A DNA stretch of 64,000 nt, from the IMG/VR virus record IMGVR_UViG_3300020055_000004. The stretch is one strand, 5' to 3'. The stretch comes from a virus. Below the pieces are notes generated by a model that worked only from the letters and a program-made list of their open reading frames with translations, searched no databases and was not told where the DNA came from. Within the stretch, counting starts at the first letter, position 1; every line of letters starts with the position of its first letter. A program made the translations under genes and the position numbers. Positions 10,035 through 18,396 of the stretch are shown one piece after another.

Positions 10035-10698
10035 AGTAGAAGACATTCGTTGTTACTTTAAACAAGCTCTTCACGAGAAACGTTTCACCACAGATAAGAC
10101 TGGTCAAAAGACTATAGAACTTATTGGTGCTTCATTTCTCGCTGACGAGCCATCTATCTTTGGTAAACCGAATCAAAAATATATCAAGGCCGAAATCCAG
10201 TGGTATATGTCTCAGTCTACCAATATTAATGACATATATAGTAGAGATCGTAAACCACCAGAAGCATGGCAATATAGTGCTGATGCAAATGGTGAAATCA
10301 ATTCTAATTACGGCTATCTCATTTATAACGAACGCTTTGGTAATCAATATAAGCAAGTTCGTGATGAGATGATGAAGAATCCATACGGTCGCCGTGGTAC
10401 TATGATCTACAATCGACCATCAATATGGCACGAGTACAACGAGGGTGGCAAGTCAGACTTTATTTGTACCAATGCTGTAAGCTACTATCTTCGAGATCAT
10501 AAGCTACATGCAGTGGTTCAGATGCGCTCTAATGATGTAGTCTTTGGTTATAAGAATGACTATGCATGGCAACGATTTGTACTTGAAAATCTTGCATATG
10601 ATATTAGCCTACCACAACACGATGTTGGTGTTGGTACAATCACGTGGCAAGTACAAAATCTTCACGTATATGAACGACACTTTGATTTGGTAGAATGA
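10021..10698 (+). CDS. gp42: dCMP hydroxymethylase (gp42-like, thymidylate synthase fold)
   Basis: INSNYG, IYNRPS, DFICTN (catalytic Cys), MRSNDVVFGYKNDYAWQ with Asp at the dCMP-specificity position, LHVYERHF. Confidence 0.88.
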   Translation: MIQNKVEDIRCYFKQALHEKRFTTDKTGQKTIELIGASFLADEPSIFGKPNQKYIKAEIQWYMSQSTNINDIYSRDRKPPEAWQYSADANGEINSNYGYLIYNERFGNQYKQVRDEMMKNPYGRRGTMIYNRPSIWHEYNEGGKSDFICTNAVSYYLRDHKLHAVVQMRSNDVVFGYKNDYAWQRFVLENLAYDISLPQHDVGVGTITWQVQNLHVYERHFDLVE

Positions 10699-11111
10699 GA
10701 GTAGGATTTACTGCTTCAGCATTTGATCTATTACACGCCGGACATGTCTCAATGCTAAGAGAGGCAAAGACACAGTGTGACTATTTGATTTGTGGTTTAC
10801 AAGTAGATCCTGGTCTCGATCGATTAGAGAAAAACAAACCAATACAAACTTTACCGGAAAGATATATACAATTGTCAGCTGTAAAATATGTTGATGAGAT
10901 TATACCTTATGAAACAGAAATTGATTTGAAGGATATCTTAGAAACATTAAAAATCGATGTACGTATTCTTGGTGACGAGTATCGTAATCTAGATTTTACT
11001 GGCAAAGAGATATGCCAACAACGTGGCATTGAATTATATTTCAATCAACGAGATCATAGGTTTTCAACAAGTGATCTAAGAAAAAGAGTAACGTTATGTA
11101 CGGAGTCTTAA
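10695..11111 (+). CDS. Cytidylyltransferase (TagD / glycerol-3-phosphate CT-like)
   Basis: FDLLHAGH (HxGH), ER..QL.AVKYVDEI, RDHRFSTS. Confidence 0.88.
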   Translation: MRVGFTASAFDLLHAGHVSMLREAKTQCDYLICGLQVDPGLDRLEKNKPIQTLPERYIQLSAVKYVDEIIPYETEIDLKDILETLKIDVRILGDEYRNLDFTGKEICQQRGIELYFNQRDHRFSTSDLRKRVTLCTES

Positions 11112-11572
11112 TTGGTATTATACTTGCACTTGGTGGTGCAGGTTATTGGTACTATGATACAACACAGGCCGAACTTATATATTTAAAAACACATAATGCT
11201 GCACTCGAGTCTGCAATTGAAACTCAAAAGGAAACATTGAATCAAATGCAAGAAGCAGCTGAACTTCAAAGTAAATCTATCAATGAGTTAACGGTTGCCA
11301 ATCAACAAGCAGAACAAGAGATGAATCGCTATCTCAGTATCTTTGCTCGTCATGATCTAACGAGGCTCGCGGCTGCTAAGCCAGGACTAATTGAAACAAG
11401 AGTAAACAGAGGAACGAAAGATGTATTCGACAGCATTGAAAATGCTTCTCGTGCTATCGATCTCCTTGACGACGGGGTGCAGCTTTCTGCGAACTCCGGA
11501 GCCGGAGGTAGTGATACAAACGAAAGTAGTACGAGTGCCGATAACACAACCGATTCTACCTCGGGAAATTGA
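11096..11572 (+). CDS. Putative inner-membrane spanin (Rz-like)
   Basis: N-terminal TM helix, coiled coil, AKPGLIETRVN; overlapped by a lipoprotein gene. Confidence 0.7.
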   Translation: MYGVLIGIILALGGAGYWYYDTTQAELIYLKTHNAALESAIETQKETLNQMQEAAELQSKSINELTVANQQAEQEMNRYLSIFARHDLTRLAAAKPGLIETRVNRGTKDVFDSIENASRAIDLLDDGVQLSANSGAGGSDTNESSTSADNTTDSTSGN

Positions 11573-11810
11573 ACTTCGTGATCCTCAGTTCTATGTCGTA
11601 TCGGCAAAGAATTTAGACGAGTTTATTGCGCGAGTAGAAAAAGAGTCAGGACAAGTTGTATTCATCGCGATGAGCGTTGCAGATTACGAATTGATGTCCT
11701 ATAATATGCAAGAAATCAAACGATATGTACAGCAGATGCAAGATGTGGTAGTATATTATCGTAGGGTAGTTGAAGACAACAATTCGAAAGTAGATGATAA
11801 CAACAACTAG
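11421..11810 (+). CDS. Putative outer-membrane spanin lipoprotein (Rz1-like)
   Basis: Signal peptide with lipobox LTTGC, Pro-rich linker; overlaps the Rz-like gene in another frame. Confidence 0.7.
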   Translation: MYSTALKMLLVLSISLTTGCSFLRTPEPEVVIQTKVVRVPITQPILPREIELRDPQFYVVSAKNLDEFIARVEKESGQVVFIAMSVADYELMSYNMQEIKRYVQQMQDVVVYYRRVVEDNNSKVDDNNN

Positions 11811-12975
11811 ATATTATGATGAGTTTATAAGGTACTTTAATTTAGCCTCTAAACAACAAGAGCTATGTAATGTATCTAATAAAGAACCTTATGGGATGAT
11901 CGCACACAAAGATTCGAATCTTGGTGATGATCTCATGGAGAATGTTGAATTGTATGATGTAGTCGAGCGTAAGTATGCTGGCTTCTCACAAATTATTAAT
12001 GATTGCTTTTATGGATGGACTGAAGATCATCCATATTGGAAAAAGATGGAGGCGGGTGTGTGCACTCGCCAACGAGAGACCGTTGCCAAAGACTGGACCG
12101 GTAAACACAACGTATTCTCTCTTCCTGAATGGCTGTATATTTTTATACTCCATCGGGTAACCGGTTCAGCAATTAACTATGCCCAAAAACCATCGGGCTA
12201 TTATAACACCATACTATTCAATCTACATCAATGTGATACGATTGAAGAAATGGTGCAGCTGGTGAAACACTACCCGGTATCCTTTTATACTTCAGTCGGA
12301 TACCAGTTCCCAGCATTTCCAAAACCAGTCGGTGACTATCGAAAGGGCGGCGACTATTACCTTGGTGAGTTCGCCCCAAGGCTGGCTCGAGATCTCGCGG
12401 ACCATTTGACGATGGGTCCTAAAAAGGACCTTCGCGAGATTGGAGAGTTTATGCTGAAGTGGAACGAGGACAACGGCCTTCGACGCTATCAGTTTCAGTA
12501 CGCAGCAGTAGTGGCTGACGTCGCCGACTGGTTTCCCCAATATGTGAACCGTGAGAGCATGTTCTATTACGGTACAAATGCAGTAGAATGTATTTCATAC
12601 CTCGCTTTTCCAGAAAAGAGGATGAAGAAAGAGTTGTTCCTTGATGCCGTCATGACAAAAATATATGATGATACAGGAAGTGTACCATATAATGCCGAAG
12701 ATGTATGTTGTGACTTCATTCGTTATGTTGAGAATTATGTCCGGCCAGGTCCGGATTATGATCATCTAGATTATGATACCCTGTGGTCGTCATGCGGCAT
12801 CAAGGATCACCCCTATGGCCGCCAGAAGTATATGCTAGATTTGGGTTTGGTAAATACTTTTAATGGCATGAAAAATCATCCATCTGATGACTTCATTTTG
12901 AAGAAAAACAATATGACTGCTGAAGAGTATCAACATAATGTAAATGCGAGGCTCCGATACAATGAAAATTTTTGA
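11794..12975 (+). CDS. aGPT-Pplase-like (HhH-fold) DNA base hypermodification protein, paralog 1
   Basis: Motif series DDLMENVELYDVVER / FQYAAVVAD / YGTNA / NAEDVCCDFIRY parallels aGPT-Pplase1 blocks (DPIL..YRF.NV.R / FMAYE..TD / GPGA / DIEHSLCEFDKY). Confidence 0.6.
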   Translation: MITTTRYYDEFIRYFNLASKQQELCNVSNKEPYGMIAHKDSNLGDDLMENVELYDVVERKYAGFSQIINDCFYGWTEDHPYWKKMEAGVCTRQRETVAKDWTGKHNVFSLPEWLYIFILHRVTGSAINYAQKPSGYYNTILFNLHQCDTIEEMVQLVKHYPVSFYTSVGYQFPAFPKPVGDYRKGGDYYLGEFAPRLARDLADHLTMGPKKDLREIGEFMLKWNEDNGLRRYQFQYAAVVADVADWFPQYVNRESMFYYGTNAVECISYLAFPEKRMKKELFLDAVMTKIYDDTGSVPYNAEDVCCDFIRYVENYVRPGPDYDHLDYDTLWSSCGIKDHPYGRQKYMLDLGLVNTFNGMKNHPSDDFILKKNNMTAEEYQHNVNARLRYNENF

Positions 12976-13222
12976 TTTAGAACAACAGATCTTAGATTGT
13001 TGGAAAGTAACTGACGACATTGATTTGGTGACAAAACATTTTGTTGATAGTCCAGAATGGGAAGGCATTGATCCAAAAGTTTGTGATGCGCTGATGAACA
13101 AGTATTTTGCTATCAAAGAACTGTATGAATTGAAGTTCAATGAGATGTGGGAATCCTTTGAGACAGTATGTAAAGAATATCATGAGGCAAGAAAAAATGA
13201 CGCTGACTCACTTTCTAGGTGA
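12962..13222 (+). CDS. Hypothetical protein
   Basis: FDLEQQILDCW.VTDDI phage-type small protein; RBS. Confidence 0.6.
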   Translation: MKIFDLEQQILDCWKVTDDIDLVTKHFVDSPEWEGIDPKVCDALMNKYFAIKELYELKFNEMWESFETVCKEYHEARKNDADSLSR

Positions 13223-14189
13223 ACATGATAATGATATTCAATACAATAATATCGCTGAAGTAGATTACAAAAACGGCAAACCAACATCATCGTGGCTAAA
13301 AGACTGGTGCCAAGAAGCTCGAACGAATAAGTTCTTCGAGTTTTGTCGTGCCTATGACGAGCGTAAAGACTTCCTGCTCAAGAATAACTATCAACAGTTC
13401 TCACATCGTTTGCACTGGCATGAGTGCCCGTTTGTCGAGGAAATGGCACAATTAAAAGATCGTGCCAAATTAATCGAAGGATGTGTCCTGTTTTCTTTTA
13501 GCAACGAGCATTGGCAAACATTTAGAGCATGGAAAGATCATGGCTATGATGGCATGAAGGTACGGTTCTCGAATTATCGGCATGCACGTTCTGATCTCTT
13601 TCAGATCTATTATCCAAAAGATACCAAAGTCAAAGATTGGTTGATTGAAACACCAGCTCGTGTAGCAATTGAACTAGATGCGATGTTTGATGGCATGAGA
13701 CGACCAATGACGATGATGGAGTTCGCCAAGAAGATGAATATCATCATGGTACGCGATTTTGGTTTTCGTAATGCCATGTATCCGTCAAAGAATGCAGCAC
13801 GCCATGTTGCAATGAGTCATCCTGAATGGGTTGATCCTGACTCATTCTTACATGGCGGAACGGGATACTTCGATGGTCTATCACAAATCTTTGACTGTCC
13901 ACATCTCATGTCAAAATCAAAGTATGAGATCGATGAGAATGGTGAATACGTACCAATGAATAAGTGGGCAGAGATGCAGGTCCAACACATGGACTATCTA
14001 AAGAATCATCCTAGCAATCCGATTCATACACATCAGTATCTCAACTTAGAAGACAAATTGTGTATGCATTATAAATTTATGTCGATGAAACTTGGTTCCA
14101 AAAAACAGACAAAAATGATACCATATAACTGGGTGTATCCAGACAATTGGTCACTAAAAACAAATAGGTACGATCGTGTCACACAATAA
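13197..14189 (+). CDS. aGPT-Pplase-like DNA modification protein, paralog 2
   Basis: DFLLKNNYQQFSHR / GFRNAMY / GGTGYFDGL / NLEDKLCMHYKF mirror the blocks in paralog 1. Confidence 0.55.
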   Translation: MTLTHFLGEHDNDIQYNNIAEVDYKNGKPTSSWLKDWCQEARTNKFFEFCRAYDERKDFLLKNNYQQFSHRLHWHECPFVEEMAQLKDRAKLIEGCVLFSFSNEHWQTFRAWKDHGYDGMKVRFSNYRHARSDLFQIYYPKDTKVKDWLIETPARVAIELDAMFDGMRRPMTMMEFAKKMNIIMVRDFGFRNAMYPSKNAARHVAMSHPEWVDPDSFLHGGTGYFDGLSQIFDCPHLMSKSKYEIDENGEYVPMNKWAEMQVQHMDYLKNHPSNPIHTHQYLNLEDKLCMHYKFMSMKLGSKKQTKMIPYNWVYPDNWSLKTNRYDRVTQ

Positions 14190-15057
14190 TCATGTAATCG
14201 ATGGCGTTAATAAAGACGTAGGAGTTTTTGGCTATGAAGCAGCAAGAGAATATTATCTATCTTTGTGCGAAGGATGGGAACCGTACAACCCCGAACCGGT
14301 TGTACGAGAACACGATGGCATTCGAGTCGTACGAGATGACCTTATCGTGGGGACAAAAGCGAGAGCTGGAGATCTCCTTGCAAGTCGATGCCCCTCAGAC
14401 ACAATTGTATACTGTCAACCTCGCACCGGACTCGCCGGAGTTTCCATATTGGACTGTGCAAAACGATATAATAAAGACGTAATACTATTCATGCCATCGT
14501 CTCAGCGCGTCTCTTTACATCAGGCATGCTGCATTGAACGTGGCGCTAAACCTATCTTTAAACGTATCGCCGCTATGCCAAATTTAAACAAAGCAGCTAA
14601 AGAATATGCAGAGAAACACGGATACTTTTTTGTCCCACTCGGACTTAGACATGAATTGGCGACTGCAGCTATAGTACACACTGCTATACAAATACCAGAA
14701 CCTGAAGAAGTATATGTGGCTACATCGACAGGTGTACTTAGTAGGGCATTGCAAATCGCGTGGCCAAGAGCTAAGTTTACGAGTATCGCAGTGGCGAGGA
14801 ATCTTAAAGCCGGAGAATTAGGAAGAGCAGATGTCATATCAGAACCACTCGCTTTTACAGCATCTGAAAAGAAACAAAATTTACCTCCATTTCCTTCGAT
14901 TGATACGTACGATGGAAAAGTCTGGAAGTACATTCCAAAAAACACGGGTCGGGATATTCTGTTTTGGAATGTTGGTACTGAACCTAGTTTACAAGACCAT
15001 AACATATATGATAGAATAGATTCATATCGCGATTGGGAGAAAAAAGATGTTGCGTAG
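14176..15057 (+). CDS. PLP-dependent enzyme, fold type II (ACC deaminase / Cys synthase-like)
   Basis: VRDDL..GTKAR (Schiff-base Lys), VATSTGVL, TYDGKVW, ILFWNVG. Confidence 0.8.
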   Translation: MSHNNHVIDGVNKDVGVFGYEAAREYYLSLCEGWEPYNPEPVVREHDGIRVVRDDLIVGTKARAGDLLASRCPSDTIVYCQPRTGLAGVSILDCAKRYNKDVILFMPSSQRVSLHQACCIERGAKPIFKRIAAMPNLNKAAKEYAEKHGYFFVPLGLRHELATAAIVHTAIQIPEPEEVYVATSTGVLSRALQIAWPRAKFTSIAVARNLKAGELGRADVISEPLAFTASEKKQNLPPFPSIDTYDGKVWKYIPKNTGRDILFWNVGTEPSLQDHNIYDRIDSYRDWEKKDVA

Positions 15058-16150
15058 TGGTTTAGTAGCTACACCGTTTATTACTATTTCACGCCAAATG
15101 ACCAGCCATCGTGCTGCTCAAGGTGTAATATATGCAGATCAACTTTCTGAGGCCAATATTGGTACAATTAAAGTAAACATGACAGGTGATCAGTATGTCT
15201 CCGATTTTTGTGATTTCGATGATCTTTATGTGTATCATGGTAATGATTGGTCTGGTAACGTTAATCTCTTTGGCGGCCTCAAAAACTTCCCATATATTGA
15301 GAATTTTGTCAATTTCTCTCGTTTCGACGGCCGTGTGTATAGCCTTGTGGTCGACATGCCTGACTATTATGGTATCATGAAAGAAAAGTTTGATAAAGCC
15401 AGAGAGAAAGGACAAGAATGGAATACTTTATGGGATGGCATTGATTGGGATAATCTGAAGCGCATGTGTGAAACTGCAGTGACAATCAATCCTAATGATC
15501 TACGACATTATCCTCGCATGGCAATTGGTGACAGCCATGCCATTTGTATGTACCGACCAGGCTGGTCAAATCTATCAGTGCCATTTAAAACACTACACGG
15601 CGCATTAAAAGAAGGTCTTGAATCTTTTATTCCGAAAGATAGATGTTTTACTGATCTAGAATTTTATTTTGGCAACATTGATGTTCGTCATCATCTTTGT
15701 AGACAAGATGATCCAATTCTTGCTACTAAACAACTTGTTGCTCGTTATATGGAACAAGCACATGCCATATCACAAAAATATAGTTGCCGTGTCAAGATCT
15801 ATGAACTCTTGCCTATCGAAGACGAATCACGATCGATTCCAAAAACTGGTTGGTATAAAGGCACTCCATTTTATGGCTCGCGCCAAGAGAGAAATGATAT
15901 TCGTAAGTTGTTTAAAAATGAAGTAATGAAGCGTTGTACTGATGAAGTTCAGATATATGAATGGGTTGGCGAAATGATTAATTCAAAAGGCGAACTTGGT
16001 TTTGAATACATGGAGAAACCACAGTCGGTGCACTTATCTAGACGCTGGTATCCACATTGGCAAGGATATGAGTGGAGTCATGCTCCGTATATTGAATATA
16101 TACCTACAGCAGAACGTGAACAATTAACGCTTGAGGATTTCTTTTCGTAA
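15047..16150 (+). CDS. Putative DNA-modifying enzyme: beta-glucosyltransferase-like N-domain + SGNH domain + clamp-binding tail
   Basis: NLFGG...RVYSLVVD resembles T4 BGT NFFGG...KIYYLFTD; IGDSHA, FGNID, SVH SGNH blocks; C-terminus LTLEDFFS. Confidence 0.55.
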   Translation: MLRSGLVATPFITISRQMTSHRAAQGVIYADQLSEANIGTIKVNMTGDQYVSDFCDFDDLYVYHGNDWSGNVNLFGGLKNFPYIENFVNFSRFDGRVYSLVVDMPDYYGIMKEKFDKAREKGQEWNTLWDGIDWDNLKRMCETAVTINPNDLRHYPRMAIGDSHAICMYRPGWSNLSVPFKTLHGALKEGLESFIPKDRCFTDLEFYFGNIDVRHHLCRQDDPILATKQLVARYMEQAHAISQKYSCRVKIYELLPIEDESRSIPKTGWYKGTPFYGSRQERNDIRKLFKNEVMKRCTDEVQIYEWVGEMINSKGELGFEYMEKPQSVHLSRRWYPHWQGYEWSHAPYIEYIPTAEREQLTLEDFFS

Positions 16151-17358
16151 TGAAGCATGCAACTATTATACCACTGATCGGAGGTGAAGTACTTGCCTCT
16201 GAGCAAGTCTTTGGTCATCGACCAGATTATATCTTATCTTATAATGCTTTTCAGGCAAATGAAGAACATCTACTAAATTATTGGAATCATGAGGTACCGT
16301 ACTACGTTCTAGATGAAGGAGATCGCCATCCGCACTCAGTAGACGTAGTGTCCAGTGTATGTCCTTGTGCTGGCTTGTCATTGTTCAGTACGCGTTATGG
16401 AGAGGACAACAAAAACAATCGTTGGATGATTGAAACGGCTAAGTATGTTCTTGGCGAGATCAAGCCTCTTGTATTTTGGGGAGAGAATGCCCCAACTTTC
16501 ACGGGTAAAATCGGTGAACCTATTCGAAACCAATTGATTCAAATTGGTAAGGAGAATGGCTATGTCATGTCGATGTATAAAACGAAAAGTCTGTTACACG
16601 GTATACCACAAACGCGCGAGCGAACATTCTACTTCTTTTGGAAAGGTACACAAGTTCCGGTATTTGACTACTATCGAAGAGAAATGCAAACTATCGAGGA
16701 CCTTATCCTCTCCGTCGAGCGCGATCCTAATGATCCGATGTCCGAATGCATAAATCGAAACAAACCAACCGACAATCCATTTTACAAATATATTTTGGAG
16801 GAGATTCATGGCGGTATTAGCCATCGCGACCACTTTGACCTTATCGATATCACTGATCCTAAAACACCGAATTACTTGGACGTCTATAGCCTTATTGAGT
16901 CTCATAAGCATGATTACGCTCGCGTTGCTAAATGGTTAGAGGAACGTCAATATCATCGTGAATCACAGCGTGCATTGCGAATGTATGATAAGCTAGAATC
17001 TGGTGGTAATATTATGCGCAGAGGTACTTTGTTGCCTAAAGGTCATATTGGATCTTTTGTAGGTCACTATCCACAAATGCTAACTCATCCTCATGAAGAT
17101 CGATATATAACCTTTAGAGAGGCGATGACAATTATGGGTATGCCAAGTGACTATCAGCTTCTTAATCCGAAAGGTAGCTTCAATCATATATGTCAGAATG
17201 TTCCGTTTCAAACTGCAGCTGATATGGCAACCGAAGTAAAAGCTGTATTAAATGGAGAACGAGAATTGATTGACGCGCGCGTATCATTACAACATAATAC
17301 ATCAAAAAAATTAGAAATTTTAGATAGAGAAGTATCTACACTAGATGCATTTTTATAG
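16150..17358 (+). CDS. C5-cytosine DNA methyltransferase-like protein with atypical motif I
   Basis: CPCAGLS (IV), ENAP (VI), PQTRERTF (VIII), RYITFREAMTIMG.P (IX), QNVP (X); motif I is IPLIGG. Confidence 0.8.
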   Translation: MKHATIIPLIGGEVLASEQVFGHRPDYILSYNAFQANEEHLLNYWNHEVPYYVLDEGDRHPHSVDVVSSVCPCAGLSLFSTRYGEDNKNNRWMIETAKYVLGEIKPLVFWGENAPTFTGKIGEPIRNQLIQIGKENGYVMSMYKTKSLLHGIPQTRERTFYFFWKGTQVPVFDYYRREMQTIEDLILSVERDPNDPMSECINRNKPTDNPFYKYILEEIHGGISHRDHFDLIDITDPKTPNYLDVYSLIESHKHDYARVAKWLEERQYHRESQRALRMYDKLESGGNIMRRGTLLPKGHIGSFVGHYPQMLTHPHEDRYITFREAMTIMGMPSDYQLLNPKGSFNHICQNVPFQTAADMATEVKAVLNGERELIDARVSLQHNTSKKLEILDREVSTLDAFL

Positions 17359-17387
17359 TGTACAAATATTTTAAAACAGTGTAGAAT
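17359..17387 (+). promoter_or_regulatory. Early-type promoter TGTACA-N17-TAGAAT
   Basis: Exact motif. Confidence 0.8.
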
Positions 17388-17410
17388 AGAACTTTTAGTG
17401 AGGTTAAACT

Positions 17411-18385
17411 ATGGAACTTAATATTCCAGTACAAGAGTTACAAAAATATAAAATCTTTTTGGCGACACCAATGTATGGTGCACAATGTTCTGGAATGTAT
17501 GCTAGATCGTTGGCTGAATTGACAACAACATGTCAGCGATATGGCATTCCATTACAATTTTATTTTCTATTCAATGAATCGTTAGTTACACGAGCACGTA
17601 ATTATTGTGTAGATGAATTTATGCGATCTGATTGTACACATCTTATGTTCATTGATTCAGATATTCATTTTAAGGCACATGATGTAGTATCTCTATTAGG
17701 AATGATGCATCAATATCCTGAGATGGATGTATGCTGTGCTCCTTATCCGAAGAAAACAATTGCGTGGGAAAAAATTAGTGAAGCAGTAAAACAAGGTGTA
17801 GCTGATGAGAATCCAAATGTTCTAGAAAACTTTGTTGGTGATTATGTCTTCAATCCTATTAGACAAAAAAATGGTGAAAATTATATTAAACTAACTCAAC
17901 CTGCAGAAGTAGCTGAGGGTGGTACAGGCTTCATGATGATCAAGAAGTCAACCTTTGAAAAATATAAAGAAACATATCCTCAATTCATGTATCGTCCTGA
18001 TCATGTTCGAACAGCAAACTTTGATGGAAGTACTGAGATCATGGCATACTTCGATGCTCTCATTGATGATAAGTCACAAAATCTTGTACCTGAAATCAAA
18101 GCATTCTTTAAAAAGAATCCAAATGCAAAAAATAGAGATGTCATCAACTTTATTGAAGATAAGAAAAATGGCATCGATCAAAAGTCATATTCGAATAGAT
18201 ACCTGTCCGAAGATTACATGTTTTGTTATAATGTAAGACGTGCTGGTATGAAAGTATTCATGTGTCCTTGGATGGAACTCAAACATATGGGCGCATACGT
18301 ATTTGGTGGTTCATTGGCAGCTATTGCATCTATTGGTGCAGCGGCTACAGCTGATCCCTCTAAACTTGGTGAAAAGAAAAAATAG
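17411..18385 (+). CDS. GT-A fold glycosyltransferase-like protein
   Basis: ATPMYG, ESLVTRARN, THLMFIDSDI (DxD), GTGFMMI, YLSEDYMFC. Confidence 0.75.
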   Translation: MELNIPVQELQKYKIFLATPMYGAQCSGMYARSLAELTTTCQRYGIPLQFYFLFNESLVTRARNYCVDEFMRSDCTHLMFIDSDIHFKAHDVVSLLGMMHQYPEMDVCCAPYPKKTIAWEKISEAVKQGVADENPNVLENFVGDYVFNPIRQKNGENYIKLTQPAEVAEGGTGFMMIKKSTFEKYKETYPQFMYRPDHVRTANFDGSTEIMAYFDALIDDKSQNLVPEIKAFFKKNPNAKNRDVINFIEDKKNGIDQKSYSNRYLSEDYMFCYNVRRAGMKVFMCPWMELKHMGAYVFGGSLAAIASIGAAATADPSKLGEKKK

Positions 18386-18396
18386 GAAACTATACT

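Noticed and set aside
10021-10698. Ordinary thymidylate synthase (thyA/td)
   Set aside because: Has gp42-type DFICTN and ND motif rather than PCH and the dUMP-specific Asn; thyX is present at 56465
14520-15005. 161-aa minus-strand ORF and similar antisense ORFs throughout
   Set aside because: Lie opposite well-supported genes, no motifs or RBS; typical codon-bias shadows
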